Shown: positions 41,374 through 49,802 of the stretch, piece by piece
Layout: each line of letters begins with the position of its first letter
Position numbering within the stretch: position 1 is the first letter of the stretch
From: Candidatus Babeliales bacterium
GTDB lineage: Bacteria > Babelota > Babeliae > Babelales > JBFXEV01
Length of the DNA: 64,000 bases
Direction: 5' to 3'
Assembly (NCBI GenBank): GCA_050179755.1
Contig: JBFXEV010000001.1
Location: 1,321,994-1,385,993 of the forward strand
The notes under the pieces: model-generated
The model's database searches: none
What the model saw: only the letters and a program-made list of their open reading frames with translations
What the model was told of the DNA's origin: nothing
Position numbers and translations under genes: made by a program

Positions 41374-41970
41374 TTAATCTTTAGTCAATGGTGGCAAGTA
41401 TATATACCATGCAATAACCGCAGGCGTTAAAGGCAAACGTTCATCCTTCTGTTCGTTTCTCTCAAATCTTTCTTGCGTATGGACAGCATCTTGTTTATTT
41501 TTTTCTGCAAAATCTTTTTTATGTGTAAGGTGGGCTGCAAAAACATTCCATCTTAGCGGGTCTATTTCTTGATTACTTTGTAGCAATGCTACCCATGTTG
41601 CACATGATGCACATGACTGTTCTAATTGGCACCGAGTATCTTCATCAACAGGACTTACCTCTTGTTTGTAAAGCTCTTTTACACTCTCCAAAAGCGCTTG
41701 CCATTCAGCCATCTTTTGTGCAATAGCAGCTCTTGGCGCTCCACCTACTTTACGTGACCCTTCAAGCTCCCAGAGAGTTAATATCTCCTTTGATCTTCTT
41801 TTGGCATCACTATGAATGGCCACATGATGACCATATACATATTTACCAGCAGTAAGCACCTGCTTTAAATTAAAAAGGGCCTCCTTTTTTGCGCGAGTTG
41901 GGGGATCTTGCTTTACCATACACCACCCTGCGGTGGGCAACAACAACATTATAAGTGCATAGTGGTTCAT
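41374..41970 (-). CDS. Secreted hypothetical protein
   Basis: AAGGAG RBS; signal peptide ending GWC-MV; LTAGKYVY..H...SDA; AVIAW..LP. Confidence 0.75.
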   Translation of the reverse strand: MNHYALIMLLLPTAGWCMVKQDPPTRAKKEALFNLKQVLTAGKYVYGHHVAIHSDAKRRSKEILTLWELEGSRKVGGAPRAAIAQKMAEWQALLESVKELYKQEVSPVDEDTRCQLEQSCASCATWVALLQSNQEIDPLRWNVFAAHLTHKKDFAEKNKQDAVHTQERFERNEQKDERLPLTPAVIAWYIYLPPLTKD

Positions 41971-42123
41971 AAAATCTCCTTCTAAAATTAATAAGCTCAG
42001 TTATAACTTAACTATACTGAATTCCCGACAGCACTTGCAAGAATGAATGCCCACTTATTGCTAAAACAACGGTTTTCTTTAAACTAATAGCTTAAGATCC
42101 TGATTATATACAACGGAGAATTC

Positions 42124-42720
42124 ATGGAAAAAATCGATATTAAACTGATTCAAGAACTACGCACCCGTACCGGCCTTGGTATGATGGACTGCAAAAAAGC
42201 CTTAGAAGAAACAGGTGGCAACATAGAAGAAGCCATTACTATTTTGCGTAAAAAAGGCGCTGCAGTGGCTGCAAAACGCGCGGACAAAGAAACCGGCGAA
42301 GGTGTGGTGCACGCTTATATTCACCCTGGCAACCGTATTGGCGTGCTTATTGAGATTAACTGCGAAACAGACTTTGTAGCTCGCACAGACGATATTAAAA
42401 ACCTCGCGCAAGATCTTTGCCTCCATATTACGGCAATGAAACCTCTGTATTTAAAGCCAGAGGATGTGGCTCCTGAATTTCTTGAGCACGAACGCTCTAT
42501 TATTAAAGAGCAATTAAAAAATTCAGGTAAACCTGAAAAAATGATTGATCAAATTGCAGAAGCAAAAATCAATAAACTATATGAAGATATCTGCCTTTTG
42601 AACCAGACGTATGTAAAAAATGATCAACAAACAGTACAGCAAGTCATTGAAGATTTAATGGCAAAAACTGGTGAAAAGATCAAAATTAGACGATTTAGCC
42701 GCTACGAGCTTGGCAATTAA
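42124..42720 (+). CDS. tsf: Elongation factor Ts (short form)
   Basis: LRTRTGLGMMDCKKAL, EINCETDFVAR, IRRFSRYELG. Confidence 0.97.
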   Translation: MEKIDIKLIQELRTRTGLGMMDCKKALEETGGNIEEAITILRKKGAAVAAKRADKETGEGVVHAYIHPGNRIGVLIEINCETDFVARTDDIKNLAQDLCLHITAMKPLYLKPEDVAPEFLEHERSIIKEQLKNSGKPEKMIDQIAEAKINKLYEDICLLNQTYVKNDQQTVQQVIEDLMAKTGEKIKIRRFSRYELGN

Positions 42721-42750
42721 ATAAAGGCTTTGGCAAATAAGGAAATTGGC

Positions 42751-43341
42751 ATGACCGTAAAACTTATGTTTAATGATAATAACATCAAAGAATTTGAAAA
42801 ATCCATGTCGGGCGAACTGGACAAGGTAATTAAACATTTTGAAAGTGAATTACTTACTATCCGTACCGGCCGAGCGCACCCTGCCCTTGTGGAATCAATA
42901 AAAATTGCATGCTACGGTGGCGCAAACACTATGCCATTGCGCCAAGTGGCAACCATTGCCTCCCCAGAATCACACCTTTTAACCATTGATCCTTGGGATA
43001 AAGCAATTGTTAATGATATTGTTAAAGCGCTGGGCTCATCTGAACTTGGTGTTAACCCAGAAACTGATGGGGCAGTAATTTTTGTAAGACTTCCTCAAAT
43101 GTCTTCTGAGCGCCGTGACGAACTGGTGAAAATTCTTGGCAAAAAGGCTGAAGATTCTCGCATTGCAGTGCGCAATGTGCGCAAAGATTTCCATAACATG
43201 ACGCGCGACGCGCAGAAAAATAAAGAAATATCAGAAGACCATGCACGGCGTTTAAACGATATTTTGCAAAAAATTACTGATAAATATATTGCAGATATTG
43301 ATGCCAAATTAAAGACTAAAGAAAAAGATCTTAAGGGTTAA
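42751..43341 (+). CDS. frr: Ribosome recycling factor
   Basis: IRTGRAHPAL, PQMSSERRDELVK, RIAVRNVR, ISED. Confidence 0.96.
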   Translation: MTVKLMFNDNNIKEFEKSMSGELDKVIKHFESELLTIRTGRAHPALVESIKIACYGGANTMPLRQVATIASPESHLLTIDPWDKAIVNDIVKALGSSELGVNPETDGAVIFVRLPQMSSERRDELVKILGKKAEDSRIAVRNVRKDFHNMTRDAQKNKEISEDHARRLNDILQKITDKYIADIDAKLKTKEKDLKG

Positions 43342-43347
43342 TCCTAC

Positions 43348-43375
43348 TTGAACAGCGTGAGCTTTCTGGTATAGT
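43348..43375 (+). promoter_or_regulatory. Sigma70-type promoter for tRNA-Lys
   Basis: TTGAAC-16nt-TATAGT with TGn extended -10, 12 nt upstream of the tRNA. Confidence 0.55.
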
Positions 43376-43387
43376 AAATGGAGATTA

Positions 43388-43463
43388 GGGCCGTTAACTC
43401 AATTGGTAGAGTAGCAGACTCTTAATCTGAATGTTATAGGTTCGATTCCTATACGGCCCACCA
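43388..43463 (+). tRNA. tRNA-Lys(CTT)
   Basis: GGGCCGTTAACTCAATTGGTAGAGTAGCAGA-CTCTTAA-TCTG..GGTTCGATTCC..CGGCCCACCA. Confidence 0.95.
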
Positions 43464-43464
43464 T

Positions 43465-43556
43465 CCGCCGTCGCGCGAAGCGCTATGGCGTGATGAAGCA
43501 AGCCCGAAGTCAGCTGAAGCTGACGGAGTTACGCCGTAGCTTAAAAAGCGAAGGCG
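43465..43556. repeat. REP-like hairpin cluster (family C)
   Basis: CCGCCGTCGCGCGAAGCGCTATGGCG..GTCAGCTGAAGCTGAC..CGCCGTAGCTT..AAGCGAAGGCG. Confidence 0.65.
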
Positions 43557-43658
43557 AAAGTTTCTTTCCCCAACTTTTTGACATCCTCAAGCCAAAAACA
43601 ACTATCATATCGTTGCCAAATATGATATGATAGACTCAGAGTAATAGAAGAGCATAAT

Positions 43659-43743
43659 GCAAGAGTGGCGAAATTGGCAGACGCGCTGGACTTAGGATCC
43701 AGTCCCGAAAGGGGTGTGGGTTCAACTCCCTCCTCTTGCACCA
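43659..43743 (+). tRNA. tRNA-Leu(TAG)
   Basis: GCAAGAGTGGCGAAATTGGCAGACGCG-CTGGA-CTTAGGA-TCCAG, long variable arm, CCA end. Confidence 0.95.
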
Positions 43744-43759
43744 AAAAAAGGAGCATTCT

Positions 43760-45064
43760 ATGAGTAGTATAACAAGCCAATTAATAGGCTTTAATTTAAA
43801 GCAAATCCAACCGCATATTCACCAAGCCTTAATCACAATCCCCTCAAAACTAGTAGACCCCGTGTTTATTGAAGTATCTCGCTGCCAAAAGGGTTTTTTA
43901 GATACCTATGGATTTGCCAAAGGTACCACGCCAATGGAATATATTGTAAAACACTATAAAACCGACATTGCAGAGCAAAGCAAAGAATTTATTTTCAAGT
44001 ACATGGTGCTCCATTGTTTGCTTAATAAAATTCAAGAAAAAAAATTGCCAGTTGCAGGCGAACCACGCTTACGCGATATTGAACTTGAACCGGGCAAAGG
44101 CGCCAAGTTTGTGTTTGATCTTTCGCTTGTGCCACCCATTACGTTTAAAGAATGGAAAGTCTTTGCTTTTAAAGCACCAAAGCGCAAGAAATATAAAGAT
44201 ATTGATCGCCAAGTTATCACGCTTATGCAAGATGAGCAGGCTGCTGAAGACAAACATACTAATAAAAGTATTTCTATAGGTGACTGGGTGTGCTTTGACA
44301 TAACCCCAGTTGATGAAAAACAAATGCCACTTTTCAAACAAATAGTTGAAACATTATGGATAAAAATTGGCACTGAAGAAGCAGACATACCAGCACAAGA
44401 AGCCTTTGTAGGCAAAAACCTTGGCCAAACGTTTGTAGCAAGCCAAATATGTTTCCAAGATTATTTTTGCACACATCTTGATACAGCATTTTCATTTGAA
44501 GTCACCATAAAAGATATTCTGTATGAAGCGTTTTTTGATCTTGAATTATTTAAACGGCATTTCCGTATTAAAACTAATCGTGATATGCAAAAAAAACTCA
44601 TTGAAGTTTTCTCATTCAGAAACGATATATCACAACGCAGAGTTATGGCAGAAGAAGCGCTCGCACTTTTAATTTCAAAGCATCCGTTGCAAGTGCCGCG
44701 CCATATTTTGCTACGCCAACTTGAGCAAGTACTCAGTGAAGTGCAGGACAACCCCGATTACCAAGTATATCGTGCAGAAAATTCGTTCAATGATTATCTT
44801 GAATCACTTGCCAATAAACAAGCGCAAGAACAAATCTTAATTGATCAACTATGCCATAGAGAACGCATTGTAGTAACCCCTAAAGATGTAAAATCTTATA
44901 TTAATTTATTACAACGGCCTCGCATGAAAGAATTTATCTATTTCACGCCACCTGTTACCAAGCAGCGTGGCCAAGAAGTACCCATTTCCAACGCACTCAT
45001 GCGCAAGCATTGTTTACGCGAAAAAACATTAAATCATATTATTTATCATTTAACTAAAAAGTAG
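43760..45064 (+). CDS. tig: Trigger factor (divergent)
   Basis: Typical length, located after tRNA-Leu; YGFAKG(TT)P ribosome-binding-like motif, FKBP-like ISIGDWVCFD..FVGKNLG..FEVTIKDI. Confidence 0.75.
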   Translation: MSSITSQLIGFNLKQIQPHIHQALITIPSKLVDPVFIEVSRCQKGFLDTYGFAKGTTPMEYIVKHYKTDIAEQSKEFIFKYMVLHCLLNKIQEKKLPVAGEPRLRDIELEPGKGAKFVFDLSLVPPITFKEWKVFAFKAPKRKKYKDIDRQVITLMQDEQAAEDKHTNKSISIGDWVCFDITPVDEKQMPLFKQIVETLWIKIGTEEADIPAQEAFVGKNLGQTFVASQICFQDYFCTHLDTAFSFEVTIKDILYEAFFDLELFKRHFRIKTNRDMQKKLIEVFSFRNDISQRRVMAEEALALLISKHPLQVPRHILLRQLEQVLSEVQDNPDYQVYRAENSFNDYLESLANKQAQEQILIDQLCHRERIVVTPKDVKSYINLLQRPRMKEFIYFTPPVTKQRGQEVPISNALMRKHCLREKTLNHIIYHLTKK

Positions 45065-45076
45065 AAAGCATCTTGC

Positions 45077-46009
45077 ATGGCAAAAATACATAAGCTACTT
45101 ATTATTGGCTCCGGCCCTGCTGGCCTTACTGCAGGCATATATTCTTCACGCGCTAATTTAGAACCAACCATTATTGAAGGCACGAAGCCCGGTGGTCAAC
45201 TTATGGGAACTACCAAAGTAGAAAACTGGCCCGGTGAAACTTCAATTCTTGGACCACAATTAATGCAAAATATGCGAGAACACGCAAAAAAAGCAGGCTG
45301 CACGTTCCAAACAGGTGATATTGCGTCAGTCGATTTTTCTCAGAAACCTTTTACACTCACCACCAATAAAAATGAACAACTCCAAGCCCATGCCGTAATT
45401 ATTGCAACAGGCGCTACGCCTAAGCGGCTTGGCGTGCCCGGCGAAGATCAGTATTGGGGCAAAGGAGTGACCACGTGCACGGTATGCGACGGTGCATTTT
45501 TTCAAAATCAACCAGTGGTGATTGTGGGTGGTGGCGATTCTGCAATGGAGGGAGCTTCTTTTATGCTCAACTTCACCAAACAAATTACCATCATTCAAAT
45601 TCATGATAAACTCAGTGCTTCTGTTGCCATGCAAGAACGTGTGATCAATAACCCTAACATTAAGATTATCTATCAAAGTTCTGTCACCGAAATTAAAGGT
45701 GACGCTCAGAAACCCACGCACGTTGTGGTGAAAAACAATAAAACTGGTGATACACAAGAACTGCGCACCGATGCCGTGTTCGTCTCTATTGGCTTAACGC
45801 CAAACACTCAAGCCTTTAAAGATCATATTGAACTTCTTAAATCTGGCCACATTAAACTGTTTGGCAAAACTAAAACATCCGTTGAAGGCGTGTTCGCTGC
45901 AGGCGACGTGGCAGATTATACGTACCGCCAAGCAATAACAAGCGCTGGTGATGGCTGCATGGCGGCACTTGATGCCGAGCGTTATCTTAAGTCGATTGGT
46001 ATTGAATAA
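45077..46009 (+). CDS. trxB: Thioredoxin reductase
   Basis: IIGSGPAGLTA, GGQL..T..VENWPG, CTVCDG, GGGDSA, FAAGDV..YRQAITSAG. Confidence 0.97.
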   Translation: MAKIHKLLIIGSGPAGLTAGIYSSRANLEPTIIEGTKPGGQLMGTTKVENWPGETSILGPQLMQNMREHAKKAGCTFQTGDIASVDFSQKPFTLTTNKNEQLQAHAVIIATGATPKRLGVPGEDQYWGKGVTTCTVCDGAFFQNQPVVIVGGGDSAMEGASFMLNFTKQITIIQIHDKLSASVAMQERVINNPNIKIIYQSSVTEIKGDAQKPTHVVVKNNKTGDTQELRTDAVFVSIGLTPNTQAFKDHIELLKSGHIKLFGKTKTSVEGVFAAGDVADYTYRQAITSAGDGCMAALDAERYLKSIGIE

Positions 46010-46371
46010 TTGACTTTGACTGACTTCATACCATAGCTTAAGCTGGAACGAGCCTAAAGTTATATGTATCATCAATATAAAGCCTTATTATTTTTGGTTT
46101 ATTGAGAATTATTAATTTCCATTGCCGGATTAAATCAAGGAATTTATCAAATGGTGGTAGCGCAGGTCGCAGCCTGCTTCCTTTATTGTATTTGTTAAGT
46201 TATAGACTAATATTCTCTCTTCGATAACTTCTAATGGATATTCTTCATCATAGTACTCATAAGGTGCAATTTTTTAAAATTGCTAACAAACTTGATAAAC
46301 GCGGTACCCCCATTTGTATATATCAGATTTATATTGTTCATTGTATATTGTCAAATCTCTTTTTTACCCGA

Positions 46372-46653
46372 TTAACTTGTTATAATATTATATACTTGAG
46401 GGAAAGAATTGCCTGAGCGATGAAATTTTCTCAAATAATATAAGACGTGAAAATATTCTCTATGTTTTTTCAAATAATAAGGATCCGTATTATTTTCATC
46501 ATAGATTAATGTTTCAGTTTCTTTATCAAAAATACCTATTGCTTTGACAAATATATGATTAATGGACTTGGATGATTCATCTAATATTTCTGTTTCTAGT
46601 AAGTAGGTAACAGTCGTATCATTCTCTGAAAGTTTATTAAATTTTATATACAT
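46372..46653 (-). CDS. Putative immunity protein
   Basis: 93 aa, starts 1 nt after the toxin-like gene stop, very AT-rich. Confidence 0.6.
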   Translation of the reverse strand: MYIKFNKLSENDTTVTYLLETEILDESSKSINHIFVKAIGIFDKETETLIYDENNTDPYYLKKHREYFHVLYYLRKFHRSGNSFPQVYNIITS

Positions 46654-46654
46654 T

Positions 46655-47638
46655 TTATTCTTTAAAGTTAGGATTATACCAGTACCACGTCTTATTAATT
46701 ATATCATGAGCTCTTTGATAATCGATTTTAAATTTTTTTTCAAAAAGAGCTTCTGCAAGTTCATGACGTAATAATTTTATATCATTTTTTATATAATCAC
46801 CCTTGAATAATCGATCCCACGCAGCAGCTATTTCTTCATCGGGTGCAAACCGATCGACTACATTGTCTGGTAAAATATGTTCATTTATAAATAAATGTTC
46901 TTTTATTAGTTTAATCTTTCTTAATGGCCAGCCAGTGTTTTTTGCAATGACATCAATATCATTAGTGCAGGATCTTATTTTATCATATTCCTCGAGTGTC
47001 CAATCGACCGCTTTATAGTCACATCTCGGTCTTACTATTCTGCATTGTTCTCTGGTATCAACAACGGTTTTATAAATATCTTTTGGTTCAGGTTTAAATT
47101 GGGCAAGAAATTCTAATTCTTCAGCTGTAAATTGCGTCGAAGATAATTCTGGCTCATTAGATATTCCTTTTTTTGCTATCTCTGAACCTTCTCCTTGCAT
47201 TACTAATTTGATGCATTCTTGCTTGGCAATTTGACCACGTTCTTTAGTCAAATTAATATTTTCATCGCTTATAAATTGCAACTTCTTCTTAGCCTCTGCA
47301 ACTTTATTTGAAGCTGAATCTTTAGTTCTACCTATTAGTGATTGTTGGTGTTCGCCACTTTTAGTTGGCTTGGTAGGAATGGTATTTGCAGATCCACTAA
47401 AATTCTCATGAGGCAATATAACTTCAATTACTTCCCCAGTATCTGTAGCAACTTGGACTGTTTCTCTTGGTCTTGCAAGTTGCGGGGCATGATCATGCGC
47501 TAATGAAGAAGCTTCTTCATGACTAAACTGACCGTAATAGTTATGGGCAAAATGTGTAGTATTAAAAAGCATAACTAATAAAAAGAAACTGAGATGAGAA
47601 AAAGATACTGTTTGATTGCCAGCTCGGATGAATGCCAT
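46655..47638 (-). CDS. Secreted protein with C-terminal polymorphic-toxin-type zincin-like domain
   Basis: AGGAG RBS, signal-like N-terminus; YDKIR..DI..IAKNTGW..IKEHLF..RF.PD..IA.AW.RL..DIKLLRHELAE..Y..AH. Confidence 0.7.
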   Translation of the reverse strand: MAFIRAGNQTVSFSHLSFFLLVMLFNTTHFAHNYYGQFSHEEASSLAHDHAPQLARPRETVQVATDTGEVIEVILPHENFSGSANTIPTKPTKSGEHQQSLIGRTKDSASNKVAEAKKKLQFISDENINLTKERGQIAKQECIKLVMQGEGSEIAKKGISNEPELSSTQFTAEELEFLAQFKPEPKDIYKTVVDTREQCRIVRPRCDYKAVDWTLEEYDKIRSCTNDIDVIAKNTGWPLRKIKLIKEHLFINEHILPDNVVDRFAPDEEIAAAWDRLFKGDYIKNDIKLLRHELAEALFEKKFKIDYQRAHDIINKTWYWYNPNFKE

Positions 47639-48043
47639 GATGTACTCCTTGTATGCAATAAAAAGTCTGTATAGTTATACTACAAACTCTCGCTGTTTGC
47701 AATTAACTGTTTTTCCCCTAACTCCCTACAGCGTTTTATTATGACTGATCTCGCCTGGCAGCTTATTTTTACCTAAATAAATCATGTTAAAGCAAATAAT
47801 AATTTCCTATAATTTGCAAAGTAAAAACTTCCGGTTCTAGGGTATGCTGATTATAAAAACAAAAACAAACTCCTAACAATAACAAGCGCTGGCGATGGCT
47901 GCATGGCGGCGCTTGATGCCGAGCGTTATCTTAAGTCGATTGGTATAGACTAAAGCTTTATTATCAGACTCAAATTGACAAATAGCTCAATTTGGCTACT
48001 ATTTAAATCTGATATTATTATTATTTCTATTTATTGGGATTTC

Positions 48044-48508
48044 ATGAAAAATTACGCATCGATCTTTACGGCATTGTCTCTCTTAATACTCACACCTTAC
48101 CTAACAGCTTGCCCACAAGAACAAAGTACTTCGCAAGAGCATACTGAACGTTATAAAAGTATGTTTGCAGAGGCGCTTAGAGAAAGTGACATATGGATAC
48201 ATCTTACTCAAAGTGAGATGGAAGGCACAAGCAAAAACTATGTTATTCCTGAGCACGACAAAGCTTCTGCATTCACTATTAAAGAAACACAACTCTATAA
48301 AACTCTAATAAAGGATGTAGCGTTACTTGAAATGCTGATCTTTCAATGCACGCAAGGAACTATTTCCCCAGCCAATAAGGCACAATGCGACGTTAAAGAC
48401 CTTTATCATGAGTTAGTACAAAAAAAAATGGCTCTATTATATCTCAATGAAGGGCAGCGAGCCCATGAAGAGACATTGAAACAATTGCATCGTTACTTGT
48501 TCAATTGA
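48044..48508 (+). CDS. Putative lipoprotein (paralog of next gene)
   Basis: Lipobox-like LTA-C; CTQGTISPA....C. Confidence 0.7.
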   Translation: MKNYASIFTALSLLILTPYLTACPQEQSTSQEHTERYKSMFAEALRESDIWIHLTQSEMEGTSKNYVIPEHDKASAFTIKETQLYKTLIKDVALLEMLIFQCTQGTISPANKAQCDVKDLYHELVQKKMALLYLNEGQRAHEETLKQLHRYLFN

Positions 48509-48574
48509 CTCATAATGGTATTTGCCATACTATAAAACAATAATTTGTACTAAAATATTTCCTTGAGGAGCCTC

Positions 48575-48967
48575 ATGAAAACTTCTATATTCACTCTAAA
48601 AAAACAGGCATTGCTTTTAATTGCGTGTACAGCTATTTCTTGCCCTGCCTTCAGCCAAATAACCCCCGAACAATATCAAAAATTATATCAACAAGCGCAA
48701 GTAGAAGTGCTCAAGCAAAAAACTGCAATTATCACTTTATTTGACGCCCAAGCATTGACGGTGGAAGAATTAGAAACCGCCAAAACTGAGCTTAGCGCAC
48801 AAATACACCACATAAAAACTAATCTTACAAATTGCAAAAACGGCAGCATAGCCCCAGCTCTTGCTCCTGGATGTGAGAATATCCAGAATTATCTACAATT
48901 GCATGGTTTAAAAATGCTGCTTGCCCACATTGAACAAAAAATCGAAGCTCAAAGTCAACCAAAATAA
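48575..48967 (+). CDS. Secreted hypothetical protein
   Basis: GAGGAG RBS; signal peptide ending AFS; CKNGSIAPA....C. Confidence 0.7.
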   Translation: MKTSIFTLKKQALLLIACTAISCPAFSQITPEQYQKLYQQAQVEVLKQKTAIITLFDAQALTVEELETAKTELSAQIHHIKTNLTNCKNGSIAPALAPGCENIQNYLQLHGLKMLLAHIEQKIEAQSQPK

Positions 48968-49113
48968 TATTTGAAAAAACCCTGGATCTGCCCTATACTA
49001 GAAGAACTAAAGGCTCTTAATCCTCCTATGCTTATCCGGGTTTTCAACTGGGCGAGCTCCGGCGGGCAAGGAAGCCACAACATAGATAAAATCTAGATTT
49101 TGAAGGAGGCATT

Positions 49114-49248
49114 ATGTCAATAACCTATAAACCAAGTAGAATTAAACGTAGCCGTAAACATGGTTTTCGCGCTCGTATGGCAACTCGTGCAGGCCGCGAT
49201 GTGATCAAGCGCCGCAGAGCTAAAGGCCGCAAACGCCTTACCGTATAA
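49114..49248 (+). CDS. rpmH: 50S ribosomal protein L34 (absent from ORF track)
   Basis: [54 protein letters not shown]. Confidence 0.97.
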   Translation: MSITYKPSRIKRSRKHGFRARMATRAGRDVIKRRRAKGRKRLTV

Positions 49249-49258
49249 TGGAAAACCC

Positions 49259-49606
49259 ATGGCCAGTGTATTCCACGCCATGACCAGTTTTAGGCAAAAT
49301 GAGGTAGATGCGCTATTTAAGGCCACTATCGCACGTTATAAAATTCAGGGGCTAGAGATTCGTCTGGCCCCTAAATTTTTGCCCTTGGCACGGCTTTTAA
49401 TCATCACCCCCCGCGCATGCGGCAATGCCCCTAAACGGAACCGCATTAGGCGCCGGCTTAAATCAATCTTTTATGAGCATAAATACTATGAGCAGCCTTT
49501 TGACTGGATTATAATGGTCAAAAAGGAAGGGATTGAACTGAATTTTGATGATCTTAAAGGGATCATGGCTCAGGCTTTATCAGAAACAAGCGCTAAAAAT
49601 GCTTAA
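49259..49606 (+). CDS. rnpA: RNase P protein component
   Basis: GNAPKRNRIRRRLK RNR motif; directly after rpmH. Confidence 0.9.
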   Translation: MASVFHAMTSFRQNEVDALFKATIARYKIQGLEIRLAPKFLPLARLLIITPRACGNAPKRNRIRRRLKSIFYEHKYYEQPFDWIIMVKKEGIELNFDDLKGIMAQALSETSAKNA

Positions 49607-49802
49607 TTTTCTTTTTGCCTCCTTACTTACTCTTCTACGCCCTCTTTTGGGCCCTGCCGAATGCAAATATGGTTTATCTTGCATGCCTTTTGCACGCAAG
49701 CAACTCAAAGAACTGCCACTCCATAAAGCCCTTTGGCGTATTCTACGCCGCGTTATTTCATGCGCACCCGGCGCGCGCACACGCGAAGACTTAATGATCT
49801 AA
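49599..49802 (+). CDS. yidD: Membrane protein insertion efficiency factor
   Basis: PLLGPAECKYGLSC..A...RVISCAP three-Cys pattern; rpmH-rnpA-yidD synteny. Confidence 0.8.
   Translation: MLNFLFASLLTLLRPLLGPAECKYGLSCMPFARKQLKELPLHKALWRILRRVISCAPGARTREDLMI

Larger units (their letters stand above)
45933..47953. mobile_element. Genomic islet flanked by a 77-bp direct repeat of the trxB 3' end
   Basis: 45933-46009 vs 47877-47953: 73/77 identical, same frame and stop position. Confidence 0.85.
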
